A stretch of 43,339 nucleotides of DNA from an uncultured Oscillospiraceae bacterium (GCA_964449655.1 CAYUZP010000003.1:1-43339); one strand, 5' to 3'; positions 11,747-21,150 are shown, counted from the stretch's first letter. Program-made: numbers and translations. The notes: a model not told the origin generated them from the letters alone.

Positions 11747-12763
11747 ATGGAAAAGCGCGTATCGGTCGTGGTGCCCGTCTATAACAGCGAGGCGTTCCTG
11801 ACGGCGTGCATCGATTCGCTGCTGGGACAGACGCTGCGGGAGATGGAGTTCATATTCGTCTGCGACGCGAGTACGGACGGCTCGCTGGCCATGCTGAAAA
11901 AGGCGCAAGAGCGGGATTCGCGCGTGCGTGTGATCGCCTTTGAGGAGAACAGGGGCGTATCCGCTGCGCGCAACGCGGGAATCGACGCGGCGACGGGCGA
12001 GTTCATCGGCTTTTGTGACGCGGACGATTGGGCACAGCCGGAGATGTTTGAGCGATTGCTTCGCGCGGCGTGCGAAAAGGACGCGGACGTATCGTTCTGC
12101 CGCGTGTTCAAGGACTATAAGGACAAGCAGGAAAATGTGCCGCTCGGCTTTGAGACGGGCACGCGCTTTGACGCGCAGGCGATACGCGAGCGTCTGATAC
12201 CGGCGATGCTCTCGCGCGAGACGGACTCGGACGCGCTGCCGCTCTCTGGATACACGCCGCGCAATCTGTTCAGGCGCAGCCTGCTGCAAAACCATCGCTT
12301 TCGGCCGGACATTCACTACGCGGAGGATCTGCTGTTCATCATTGAATGCCTATTGGACGCGCGCGCGGCCGTCGCGGTGGACGAGGCGTACTATCACTAT
12401 CGCTTTCACGGCGCAAGCGTCACCAAGCGCTACAGCCCCTACGTGCCGCGCTCGCACGAACTGTCCAACGACGCGATCGAGGCGCTCGTGGGCGATATAC
12501 CGGCGTGTGCGCAGCGTATGCAGATCCGCAGGCGGAAGATGGCTGTGACGGCGGTGCGCAATCTCTGCCTGCCCGGGACGCCTTACGGTTTTTTAGAGCG
12601 CGTGCGCAGGGCGAGGGCGTACATGGCGCGGTCCGATGTGCGCGCGCTGTTTGCGCAGGTTCACCCGTTTTCGTTTCCGCCAAAGCTCGCCGTGAAGCTG
12701 TTTTTGATGAAGCACCGCATGGCGTTCACGCTCTGCGCGCTGCTGTGCACACTCTTCCGTTAG
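11747..12763 (+). CDS. family 2 glycosyltransferase
   Basis: MEKRVSVVVPVYNSEAFL...DASTDGS...FCDADDW (DXD). The start lies 2 nt after the upstream stop. The upstream part of the ORF-track entry overlaps the Wzy-like gene. Confidence 0.87.
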   Translation: MEKRVSVVVPVYNSEAFLTACIDSLLGQTLREMEFIFVCDASTDGSLAMLKKAQERDSRVRVIAFEENRGVSAARNAGIDAATGEFIGFCDADDWAQPEMFERLLRAACEKDADVSFCRVFKDYKDKQENVPLGFETGTRFDAQAIRERLIPAMLSRETDSDALPLSGYTPRNLFRRSLLQNHRFRPDIHYAEDLLFIIECLLDARAAVAVDEAYYHYRFHGASVTKRYSPYVPRSHELSNDAIEALVGDIPACAQRMQIRRRKMAVTAVRNLCLPGTPYGFLERVRRARAYMARSDVRALFAQVHPFSFPPKLAVKLFLMKHRMAFTLCALLCTLFR

Positions 12764-12779
12764 AGGATACACAGGAAAG

Positions 12780-13496
12780 TTGGAAAGAGCCTTGGAAAAT
12801 GAAGTGAAGAAAGAAAGGGCCGTCCCCTCTGGATGCGCGGTGGACGCCGAGGAAAGGCCGCTTGAGATCGCCGGCATACTCGCCTCGCGCAGGGGACGCC
12901 TCGCGGTCAAGCGCGTGATGGACGTTCTGCTCTCGCTGGGCGCGCTCTTGCTGCTCTCGCCCGTGTTCGCGCTGGTCGCGGTGCTCATCGTGCTGGACGA
13001 CCCCGGGCCCGTGTTCTACAGGCAGGAGCGCGTGGGCAAGGACGGGAAGATGTTTCGCATCTTCAAATTCCGCTCGATGGTCGTCGGCGCGGATAGGACG
13101 GGTCCGCCGCTCACCATAGGGCATGACAGGCGCGTGACGCGGGTGGGGGCAATCCTGCGCAGGACGAAGGTAGACGAGCTTCCGCAGATCCTCAACGTGC
13201 TTTTAGGACAGATGAGCTTTGTCGGCCCCAGGCCCGAGGTGGAGGAGTTCGTGCGGCTGTACACGCCCTATCAGCGGCAGGTGCTGCTCGTGCGCCCGGG
13301 CATCACGGATTACGCGTCCATCGCATACAGGAATGAAAACGACATGCTCTCGGGCGCGCAGGACCCGCGGCGCATGTATGTGGAGCAGATCATGCCGGAC
13401 AAGATCGAGCTTAACATGAAATATCTGCGGGAGATTTCGCCCGTGACGGATCTGCGCCTGATCGCCGCGACGATTGCCGCGGTGCTGCGCGGATGA
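12780..13496 (+). CDS. small monotopic phosphoglycosyl transferase (bacterial sugar transferase family, EpsL/PglC-like), the initiating enzyme
   Basis: One re-entrant helix (LLSLGALLLLSPVFALVAVLIVL) followed by DDPGPVFYRQERVGKDGKMFRIFKFRSM and RPGITDYASI. TTG start. Confidence 0.88.
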   Translation: MERALENEVKKERAVPSGCAVDAEERPLEIAGILASRRGRLAVKRVMDVLLSLGALLLLSPVFALVAVLIVLDDPGPVFYRQERVGKDGKMFRIFKFRSMVVGADRTGPPLTIGHDRRVTRVGAILRRTKVDELPQILNVLLGQMSFVGPRPEVEEFVRLYTPYQRQVLLVRPGITDYASIAYRNENDMLSGAQDPRRMYVEQIMPDKIELNMKYLREISPVTDLRLIAATIAAVLRG

Positions 13497-13514
13497 CGGG
13501 AAGGAGGCAAAGCC

Positions 13515-15314
13515 ATGCTCAGCGCATACAGCGTCTACCGATATGACCATCTCGAATCCCCCGCTGTGACGGCGGGCCCCAGCGCGATACTGATCGGCAC
13601 GCAGAACGGGCTGTTTCCAAACATGGGCTACGCCATGCCCGGGGAGATGGGCGGACTTTGGGCGGGGGAAAAGAAGCTCTGCGACGGCTTCTTTTTCGCC
13701 ATAGACGATGTGCCGCTGCGCCAAAGCGACGCCTATGAGGCGAACCCCGCGATGGGCGCGTTTCACTATCGGATGCAGGCGGAGGGGCTGCACATCGTGC
13801 GCAGGCAGTTTGTGCCCGAGGGCGTGAGCGGCTGCGTGGTGGAGCTGACGATGGAGAACCTGCTGGACGTGCCGCGCATGGCAGAGGTCTCCTTCACGGT
13901 GCGCACGGACATACTGACGCTTGCCGCGGCGCAGGCGGGCGAACTGGGCCGGGACGTGGCCGAGTATGACCCGCAGACACAGGCGTTCTATGCGCGCGAC
14001 AGCCTGAAATCCTGGCATGTCGTCTGGGGAGCGGACGCGCAAAGCCGTGTGCTTGCGGCCGATCTGCCCCATGAGGTCTTCGGCTTTGGCGGCATGACCG
14101 GCAAGGGGATCAACGGACGGCTCTTCTATCGCGTGCGGCTCGGCGCGCGGGGCGTCGGCACGATTCGGCTGTTCATCGCGGGCGGCTATCCCTCGCGCAC
14201 ATCGGCGGAGGACGCGCTCGCATCGTTTCGCGCGCGGGCGGACACGCTCTATGAAGAAAAGGAGAGGCAGATCCTCGCGCAGTGCCGCGAGGGCGAGGCC
14301 ACGCTGCCGGACGCGCAGCTTTCGCGCTGCTTCAACTGGGCGAAGTTCTACGACGCGTTTATGACCTGCAAGGTTGGCCGGGACGGCGTTTTGCTCTGTC
14401 GGGATCTGACGGAGGCGCCGCTTTTGCTCGGCGAAAACTGGGCACAGGCCATCGGCGGGCTGTTGGCGATGGGATGCGTGCGCGAGGCGGCAGCCATGCT
14501 GCGGACGGTCGTTTCGCTCTGCGAGAGCGCGCAGGTCGCGCCGGGCCGCGTGCCGCTGCTTCTCTCGCCCGATGGCCGCGTGCTGCAAAGCGGCGGCGTC
14601 AAGGAGAGCGCGGCGTTCATCGTGCTTTCGTATCAGGCGCTGCTCTACACAGGGGACAGTGACCTGGCCTCGGCGCTTTTGCCGCAGGCGGCGCTGTGCA
14701 TGCGCTACATCAGGCGCGAGACGAAGGGATTTCAGGAGATGCCGCGGGATTGGGGGCCGCTCTTGCGCGAGGCGGCTCTGTCTTGGAATGGCCTGTTGCG
14801 CGCGGCGGGCATGCAGCCGGAAGGCGAGGATGAACCGCCCAAAGCGGAGGAGACGGCGTTGCCCGAGGGCGCGTCGCTTTCGCAAATGGCGGTGTGGCAC
14901 GGGCAGCGCGATCACGTCGAGCAGATGACCGGCTGCCTGTGCGAGATGGCGCGCATCAGCAAACTGCCGGGCGCGCTTTGCGGGGAGCACGAATCTCCCG
15001 GCGTCATGGCGACGTCCCTGGCGACGGCGGGCTTCGTGTGGCCTATGGCGCGCTACCTGTTCGGCATTCAGCCCGACGCGCTGCACAAACTGCTCACGTT
15101 CGCGCCGCACACGCCGATCGGCTGGTCCGGCTGGGCGGTCAGCGCGCTGGCCATCGGGCATGCACATGTCAGCGTGCGCAGCGAGCGCATATCGTACAGC
15201 AAGGTGCGCTATACGCTTTCGATCGACGAGGAGGGCTGGTCCGTGCGCGTTCCTCAGACAGGCGATCAGGTGACGCGCATTGAGGGCGAGTTCTCCCTCG
15301 TGATGGGCGACTGA
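13515..15314 (+). CDS. cytoplasmic protein resembling an (alpha/alpha)6 six-hairpin glycosidase (glycogen-debranching-like); function uncertain
   Basis: 599-aa ORF with no signal peptide, 19 nt downstream of the PGT gene. A beta-rich N-terminal half is followed by a helical-repeat C-terminal half. The family assignment is by eye only. Confidence 0.55.
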   Translation: MLSAYSVYRYDHLESPAVTAGPSAILIGTQNGLFPNMGYAMPGEMGGLWAGEKKLCDGFFFAIDDVPLRQSDAYEANPAMGAFHYRMQAEGLHIVRRQFVPEGVSGCVVELTMENLLDVPRMAEVSFTVRTDILTLAAAQAGELGRDVAEYDPQTQAFYARDSLKSWHVVWGADAQSRVLAADLPHEVFGFGGMTGKGINGRLFYRVRLGARGVGTIRLFIAGGYPSRTSAEDALASFRARADTLYEEKERQILAQCREGEATLPDAQLSRCFNWAKFYDAFMTCKVGRDGVLLCRDLTEAPLLLGENWAQAIGGLLAMGCVREAAAMLRTVVSLCESAQVAPGRVPLLLSPDGRVLQSGGVKESAAFIVLSYQALLYTGDSDLASALLPQAALCMRYIRRETKGFQEMPRDWGPLLREAALSWNGLLRAAGMQPEGEDEPPKAEETALPEGASLSQMAVWHGQRDHVEQMTGCLCEMARISKLPGALCGEHESPGVMATSLATAGFVWPMARYLFGIQPDALHKLLTFAPHTPIGWSGWAVSALAIGHAHVSVRSERISYSKVRYTLSIDEEGWSVRVPQTGDQVTRIEGEFSLVMGD

Positions 15315-15447
15315 TCACGGCGCTAAACTTAAATCCATCGAGCGGGGCTGGCTTTAAGGCGGCCTTCGCTTTCTTTTGGCCCGTCCGCTTACGCGCTGCA
15401 ATTTGTACAGCTTTTATGTGATTTTACAAGTATTTTGAACACAACTC

Positions 15448-15476
15448 TTGACAACATGACCCATTGGTGATATGAT
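15448..15476 (+). promoter_or_regulatory. SigA-type promoter (extended -10) upstream of the GH2 gene
   Basis: TTGACA (15448-15453), 17-nt spacer, TGaTATGAT (TATGAT 15471-15476). Confidence 0.55.
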
Positions 15477-15539
15477 GCGAACAGTTCTCAGGATACCATG
15501 GCTATGTTTCCTGAAACAATCAGAAAGGAAGGATCATGT

Positions 15540-18500
15540 ATGTCAAAAGGTGACAAAAGGCATGTGCTGCCCCTGCTTTTAGCGGCAGCGCTGTTTGTCG
15601 TCTTGGGCGCGGGCGCGGCGCTTCCGGCGAAAGCCGAGGGCACGCTGGATGTCGCGGAGGACGCGCTGGGCGCCATCGACATGGGCGACAGCTGGCAGTT
15701 CTATCTGGCGACGCGCACACCCGAAATCGACGCGACGGACACGACCGGTTCCGCCAACCGCGATTTCGCGCAGAACGGCCTGCTGGACGCGGGCGACTAC
15801 ACGACCGAGCAGATCATCGCCGTCGATTTTGACGATTCCGCTTGGCGCACGGTCGATGTGCCGCATGACTTCAGCATCGAGGGCGACAAGGTGGCGTCCG
15901 GCTCGTCCTCGCAGGGCTACATGGAAGGCGGCCTCGCGTATTACCGCAAGAAGTTCACGGTTCCCGCGTCCATGCAGGGGACAAAGACGCTCAGCATCGA
16001 CTTTGAGGGCGTCTATCAGGACAGCGTCGTCTACCTGAACGGCAAGCAGATCGGCGCGTATCCGAGCGGCTACACGGGATTCGCGCTGGACATCACGAAC
16101 GACGTGAACTATGGCGGGGAAAACGTGCTGGTCGTGAAGGTGCAAAACCCCGCGCCTTCCGGACGCTGGTACACAGGAAGCGGCATCATTCGCCCCGTGC
16201 ACTTGGTCGTTGACAACCTGGCGCATTTCAACCGCAACGGCGTGACGCTCTCCGCGCCGACGCTGGAGGAGGATTACGCGTATTCGCAGACGGCCTATCT
16301 CGAAGTGAAGGCGGACGGATACTCCGATGCCGTGAACGCGAACATCTATATGGAAGTCACCGTGACCGATGCCGAGGGGCAGGAGGTCGCGCGGCAGGCG
16401 ACGCAGAAGACGGCGATCAACCCGTCGACGGCGTTCTCGCTCTCGCTGAACAAGCGCATGGCGCTGGAGATCGAGGACGTGCAGCTCTGGTATCCATGGA
16501 ACATCGGCACACCGTATCTTTACAACGTCAAGGTCGATCTGTACATGGAGACGGACGGCAGCACGGAAGGCTATCAGCTGATGGACACGCAGGAATTTGA
16601 ATACGGCTTCCGCTGGATCAAAGTCGAGGAGACGACGGAGGACCCGCAGAGCGGCGGACTGTATGTGAACGGCGTGTACACGAAGGTGCAGGGCGTCGAT
16701 CTGCATCACGATTCCGGCGCTTTGGGCGCGGCGAGCTATGTGGACGCCTATGAGCGCGAGATCGATACGCTGATGGGCATGGGCGTCAACGCGTACCGCA
16801 CATCCCACTGTCCGCCGTCCAAGCAGATCATCGAGGTCTGCAGCAGGAAGGGCATACTGGTCGTCGAGGAAGCGTTTGACGGCTGGGGCGCACCGAAGGC
16901 GACGTATGACTTTGGCAATTTCTTCTTTGGCGAGGTGCCGGAGGACTGGGCGGGCTTAAAGCCCAACGGCTATGTGTCCCTGCCCAATCCCGCGACGCGC
17001 TACAGCGGCGCGAAGCTCACGTGGAGCGACTGGGTGATTACCGAGATGGTCAAGCGCGACAGGAACGAGCCGTGCGTCATGGCCTGGTCGATTGGCAACG
17101 AGGTGCGCGGCGTGGGCACGCAGCCCGAATGGTATGTGCCTGGCCAGTATGATCTGCTCGGCGTGGCGCCCGAGGCGATGAACGAGTACACGGAAGCGGT
17201 TCGCCTGCTGCGCAACGTCCAAGCCGCGGATAATTCCCGCTACATCATCATGGGCGGCGACCAGCAGCGCAGCGTTCCGGATGCCAACGCGACGTGGGGA
17301 TTGGTCAACCAGGTGCTTGACGGCTTTGGCCTCAACTACAACACCGCGGCGTCCGTGGATGGGCTGATCGCTCGCTACTCGATAGGCGACGGCACGCTGA
17401 ATGACAACGGCTCCAAGACGTTCTTCTTTGAGTCGGAGTCCTCTTCGCAGACGTCCTCGCGCGGCGTGTACCTGGATCCGCAGTTCTCCAACACGGGTGT
17501 CAATCAGACGCCAGGCTCAAGGGGCGGATCCAACTATGACAACGACTTCGCGTCCTGGACGATGTCCAACGAGTACGGCCTGAAGAAGGACCGCGACCGC
17601 AAGAGCTTCATCGGCCAGTTCATCTGGAGCGGCTTTGACTACATCGGCGAGCCGACGCCCTACAGCATATATCCTGTTGGCGTATCCTCGTTTGGCACGA
17701 TAGACACGGCGGGCTTCCCCAAGGAGTCGTTCTACCTGTTCAAGAGCCAGTGGACGGACGAGCCGATGGTTCACATCGTACCGCAGAACTGGGACGAATG
17801 GCAGGAGGGCGAGCTGGTCACCGTGTGGGTGAACTCGAACCTGCAGTCCGCGGAGCTGTTCCTGAACGGCGAATCGCTGGGCGTCAAATCGTTTGACGAA
17901 AAGGAGACCGCGTACGGCAAGAAGTATTACGAGACCTCTGAGCTTACGCAGGATGACAAGAGCTGGGGCGATCCGGCGAATCCAAGCGGCTACACCAGTG
18001 CCGGCGCGGTGCTCGATGAGGGCGAACTGAACTCCGGCAAGCTGCATCTGACGTGGGAAGTGCCGTATGCGCCGGGCACGCTTGAAGTGCGCGCGTATGA
18101 CGCGGACGGCAATGTGGCGGCGACCGACTCGATTACGACTTCCTCCGCGCCGTATACGATACTCGCCGAGGCGGACAACACGGTGCTGCTCGCGGATGGC
18201 AAGAGTTTGTCCTATGTCGAATGCACGATCGTGGATGAGCAGGGCAACATGGTGCCCGATGCCGACGATCTGGTGAAGTTCTCCGTGGAAGGCGCGGCGA
18301 CCATATTTGGCGTGGACAACGGCCAGCAGGAGAGCGCGGAGCTTTACAAGTTTGACCACGTGGACAGCAGCGACTATTCCGAGCGCCACGCGTACAACGG
18401 CAAGGTGCTTGTGATCCTCAAGTCCACCCATGAAGCGGGCGAGGCCGTGCTGACGATCTCCGCGGACGATCTCAAACCCGTGCAGATTCACTACACCATC

Positions 18501-19295
18501 GCGCAGGAGGACGCGCAGGTTCCGGCTGTCGGCGAGCAGGTCGAAGGGACCGCGACAGCGGTGGAGCCCGTGGCCATCACCGTGCCCGTGGGCGTCAGCG
18601 TGACGCTTCCCGGCGCTGTGCGCGTGCACTTTGAGAGCGACGCGGGCGAGTACACGCTTTTGCGTCCGGTCACATGGGGCGAGCTTGCCGACGGTCAGGC
18701 GGAAGGCACGATCGAGGGATGCGATCTGACGGCGACGGCTGTTGTGACGGAGGATCCGGCGATGGAGACCGGCGTTGAGCTGGCCACAAACGCAGCGCTG
18801 GGCGAAAACAACGAGGCGTTCAGCTTTGAGGGCATCGATGAAGCCGCGGCGTCCGGCGCGCTGGCGACGGCCACGTTTACGGGCTATACGACGAACCTGC
18901 CCAACAACATGCTGGACGGCAACGAGGAGACGACGTGGACCAACGCGTATGAGCGCGGCGCGTCCGTGCTGCTCCCCGAGAACAGCGCGTCGAGGAAGAG
19001 CGACAGTGTCGAGTTCTTCTGGAACGAGCCGAAGGTCGTAAGTCAAGTGAGCCTGCTCTTTGACAGCAACCGTTACTGCGCTGCGCCGGAGACATTGGAT
19101 GTGCAGTACTTTGACGGCATCTCCTGGCAGAGCGCCGCGGGGCAGACGCTCACCTCGGCCGAGGGGGACGATCTGGTCACGGTGCAGTTTGACGCCGTGT
19201 ACACCGCGCGCATTCGCGTATACATGACCAACGCGACGCCGTTCACATCGAAGGGCAACCTTGAGATCCGCGAGGCGTCTGTGATGCTGAAGTAA
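15540..19295 (+). CDS. large secreted family 2 glycoside hydrolase (beta-galactosidase-like) with C-terminal Ig-like and F5/8-type-C (discoidin) modules
   Basis: Signal peptide MSKGDKRHVLPLLLAAALFVVLGAGAALPAKA. GH2 N-terminal motif DFDDSAWRTVDVPHDFSIEG, acid/base context WSIGNE, and FIWSGFDYIGEP. The C-terminal NMLDGNEETTWTN resembles discoidin. AGGAAGG RBS before ATG 15540. Confidence 0.88.
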   Translation: MSKGDKRHVLPLLLAAALFVVLGAGAALPAKAEGTLDVAEDALGAIDMGDSWQFYLATRTPEIDATDTTGSANRDFAQNGLLDAGDYTTEQIIAVDFDDSAWRTVDVPHDFSIEGDKVASGSSSQGYMEGGLAYYRKKFTVPASMQGTKTLSIDFEGVYQDSVVYLNGKQIGAYPSGYTGFALDITNDVNYGGENVLVVKVQNPAPSGRWYTGSGIIRPVHLVVDNLAHFNRNGVTLSAPTLEEDYAYSQTAYLEVKADGYSDAVNANIYMEVTVTDAEGQEVARQATQKTAINPSTAFSLSLNKRMALEIEDVQLWYPWNIGTPYLYNVKVDLYMETDGSTEGYQLMDTQEFEYGFRWIKVEETTEDPQSGGLYVNGVYTKVQGVDLHHDSGALGAASYVDAYEREIDTLMGMGVNAYRTSHCPPSKQIIEVCSRKGILVVEEAFDGWGAPKATYDFGNFFFGEVPEDWAGLKPNGYVSLPNPATRYSGAKLTWSDWVITEMVKRDRNEPCVMAWSIGNEVRGVGTQPEWYVPGQYDLLGVAPEAMNEYTEAVRLLRNVQAADNSRYIIMGGDQQRSVPDANATWGLVNQVLDGFGLNYNTAASVDGLIARYSIGDGTLNDNGSKTFFFESESSSQTSSRGVYLDPQFSNTGVNQTPGSRGGSNYDNDFASWTMSNEYGLKKDRDRKSFIGQFIWSGFDYIGEPTPYSIYPVGVSSFGTIDTAGFPKESFYLFKSQWTDEPMVHIVPQNWDEWQEGELVTVWVNSNLQSAELFLNGESLGVKSFDEKETAYGKKYYETSELTQDDKSWGDPANPSGYTSAGAVLDEGELNSGKLHLTWEVPYAPGTLEVRAYDADGNVAATDSITTSSAPYTILAEADNTVLLADGKSLSYVECTIVDEQGNMVPDADDLVKFSVEGAATIFGVDNGQQESAELYKFDHVDSSDYSERHAYNGKVLVILKSTHEAGEAVLTISADDLKPVQIHYTIAQEDAQVPAVGEQVEGTATAVEPVAITVPVGVSVTLPGAVRVHFESDAGEYTLLRPVTWGELADGQAEGTIEGCDLTATAVVTEDPAMETGVELATNAALGENNEAFSFEGIDEAAASGALATATFTGYTTNLPNNMLDGNEETTWTNAYERGASVLLPENSASRKSDSVEFFWNEPKVVSQVSLLFDSNRYCAAPETLDVQYFDGISWQSAAGQTLTSAEGDDLVTVQFDAVYTARIRVYMTNATPFTSKGNLEIREASVMLK

Positions 19296-19316
19296 AAGCA
19301 AAATAAGGTGACAAGG

Positions 19317-19344
19317 GCCGGGCGGCTAGACCGTCCGGCTCTTT
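19317..19344 (+). terminator. probable terminator after the GH2 gene
   Basis: 9-bp stem GCCGGGCGG / CCGTCCGGC (one G-U pair), 5-nt loop, and a weak T-tract (TCTTT). Confidence 0.45.
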
Positions 19345-19517
19345 GATGCGCGAAAAAAACGAGCTGTGCGCGCGGCGGGTTGAAGCTGCCGCGTGGGCGG
19401 GAGGGTGGGGCAGGTGACGCGGCGAAAGCGTGTCTGTTGCCTAAAAAGGCGGCTTGCGCGTGGTTTGTCGTTCACGAGATCACAGTTCGGGCGCCGGACC
19501 CGGCGGGCGGCAAGGAC

Positions 19518-19554
19518 AAAAAAGGGCACTGTGCTCCTTTGCCGCACAGCGCCC
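19518..19554 (-). terminator. intrinsic terminator after putP
   Basis: On the minus strand: GGGCGCTGTGC-(9-nt loop)-GCACAGTGCCC followed by TTTTTT. Confidence 0.7.
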
Positions 19555-19589
19555 ACTTGGAATGCCTGCCTGTTGAGAAAATCATCACA

Positions 19590-21125
19590 TCATTTCCGCG
19601 CGACGGCGTCAAACGCGTCGGTGACGGCTTTTTCCGGTGGCCGCGTGACCAGAGAGACGATCACATTCACGGCGAGGCCGACCAGGAACGCGGGCAGGAG
19701 TTCGTAGATGGCGAACACGCCGCCTATACGCGCGATACCGTATTTCCAGATGAAGACCATCGCGCCGCCCGCGGCCATGCCGGCCAGCGCGCCATATCGG
19801 TTGCTGCGCCGCCAGAACAGGGCCAACAGCATGACCGGACCAAACGACGCGCCGAAGCCCGCCCAGGCGAAGGATACGATCTGAAACACGGAGCTGTTGG
19901 GGTCCCAGGCCAGGAATACGGCGATCAGCGCGATGACCACGACCGAGCTGCGGACGAGGCGCATGGAGGCCTTATCGGACAGCTTGACCTTGAAGAAATC
20001 GTGCATGAGATCCTGCGATACGCTGGATGCCGCCGCAAGCAGCTGTGAATCGGCGGTGGACATGGTGCTCGCCAATATGCCGGCCAGCGCGACGCCGCCC
20101 AGAAGCGCGGGCAGTATGCCAAAGGAGCTCAGCAGCTGCGAGAGCTGTATGACGATGGTCTCGGAGTCCGCGCTTGTGGACAGCAGCGGTATCTTGCCCG
20201 CGACGGTGACGCTGTAGCCGGTGATGCCGATGAGCATGGCCACGCCCATGGCAATGACCACCCAGATGGTGCCGATGCGCCGGGAGAGCGGCAGCTTCTT
20301 TTCGTCCTTGATGGCCATAAAACGCAGAAGGATGTGCGGCATGCCGAAATAGCCGAGACCCCAGGCCAGCGTGGAGACGATGGACAAAAGGCCGTAGGAA
20401 CCGGTCTGCTGAAGCGCGACGTTGTATCCCTGCGTCACGTTGAGATAGCCGGGCAGTGCCTGCGCATTGGCGACCACTGTGCTCCAGCCGCCGGCCTGGT
20501 GAATGCCGAACACCACGATGATGGCCAGCGCGACGGTCATGACCACAGACTGGATCAGGTCCGTGAAGGAGACAGCCAGGAAGCCGCCCAGAACCGTATA
20601 GCCGATGATGACCGCGGCGCCCACGACCATCGCCGTGTGATAGTTGACGCCGAGCAGCGCGTTGAAGAGCGTGCCCACAGCTTTGAAGCCCGATGCCGTA
20701 TAGGGGATGAAGAACACCAGTATGATGATGCCCGCAAGGCAGGAGAGCAGGTGCTTTTCATCCTGATAGCGGCGGGAGAAGAAGTCCGGAATCGTGATGG
20801 CGCCAAGATCGACCGAATAGCGGCGCAGACGCCGGGCCACGATCAGCCAGTTGAGGTATGTGCCGACGGCCAGGCCCAGCGCGGTCCAGAACGGTTCGGC
20901 CAGGCCCGTCAGATAGGCGAGTCCGGGCAGGCCCATCAGAAGCCAGCTGCTCATGTCGGATGCTTCCGCGCTCATGGCGGTGACGATGGGCCCCAGACGA
21001 CGCCCGCCCAGGTAGAAATCCTGCGAGGAGCCGCTGCTCCTCCGACTGTAATAGACGCCTATGGCGATCATGATGCCCAGATAGACGACGATGGCGACGA
21101 TGATGCAGATTTGCGCACCGGTCAT
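19590..21125 (-). CDS. putP: sodium/proline symporter (SSS family)
   Basis: 511 aa, about 13 TM helices. The N-terminus ...FYLGGRRLGPIVTAMSAEASDMSSWLLMGLPG is typical of PutP. Confidence 0.88.
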   Translation of the reverse strand: MTGAQICIIVAIVVYLGIMIAIGVYYSRRSSGSSQDFYLGGRRLGPIVTAMSAEASDMSSWLLMGLPGLAYLTGLAEPFWTALGLAVGTYLNWLIVARRLRRYSVDLGAITIPDFFSRRYQDEKHLLSCLAGIIILVFFIPYTASGFKAVGTLFNALLGVNYHTAMVVGAAVIIGYTVLGGFLAVSFTDLIQSVVMTVALAIIVVFGIHQAGGWSTVVANAQALPGYLNVTQGYNVALQQTGSYGLLSIVSTLAWGLGYFGMPHILLRFMAIKDEKKLPLSRRIGTIWVVIAMGVAMLIGITGYSVTVAGKIPLLSTSADSETIVIQLSQLLSSFGILPALLGGVALAGILASTMSTADSQLLAAASSVSQDLMHDFFKVKLSDKASMRLVRSSVVVIALIAVFLAWDPNSSVFQIVSFAWAGFGASFGPVMLLALFWRRSNRYGALAGMAAGGAMVFIWKYGIARIGGVFAIYELLPAFLVGLAVNVIVSLVTRPPEKAVTDAFDAVARK

Positions 21126-21150
21126 AAAAATCCCTCCGATCTACGGGAAC

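Noticed and set aside
13203-15167. 654-aa ORF on the minus strand
   Set aside because: It lies entirely antisense to the 599-aa plus-strand gene. Its composition is Arg/Ala/His-rich, typical of the reverse frame of GC-rich coding DNA, and it has no RBS and no recognisable motif.
17517-19301. 594-aa minus-strand ORF, together with the 409-aa ORF at 15579-16808
   Set aside because: Both are antisense to the GH2 gene, whose translation carries clear family motifs. They are GC-frame artefacts.
19326-19556. 76-aa Arg-rich minus-strand ORF, plus the overlapping plus-strand ORFs, in the GH2/putP spacer
   Set aside because: It has no RBS, spans both terminators, and has an arginine-rich artefact composition. 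The spacer is better explained by the G-rich element.
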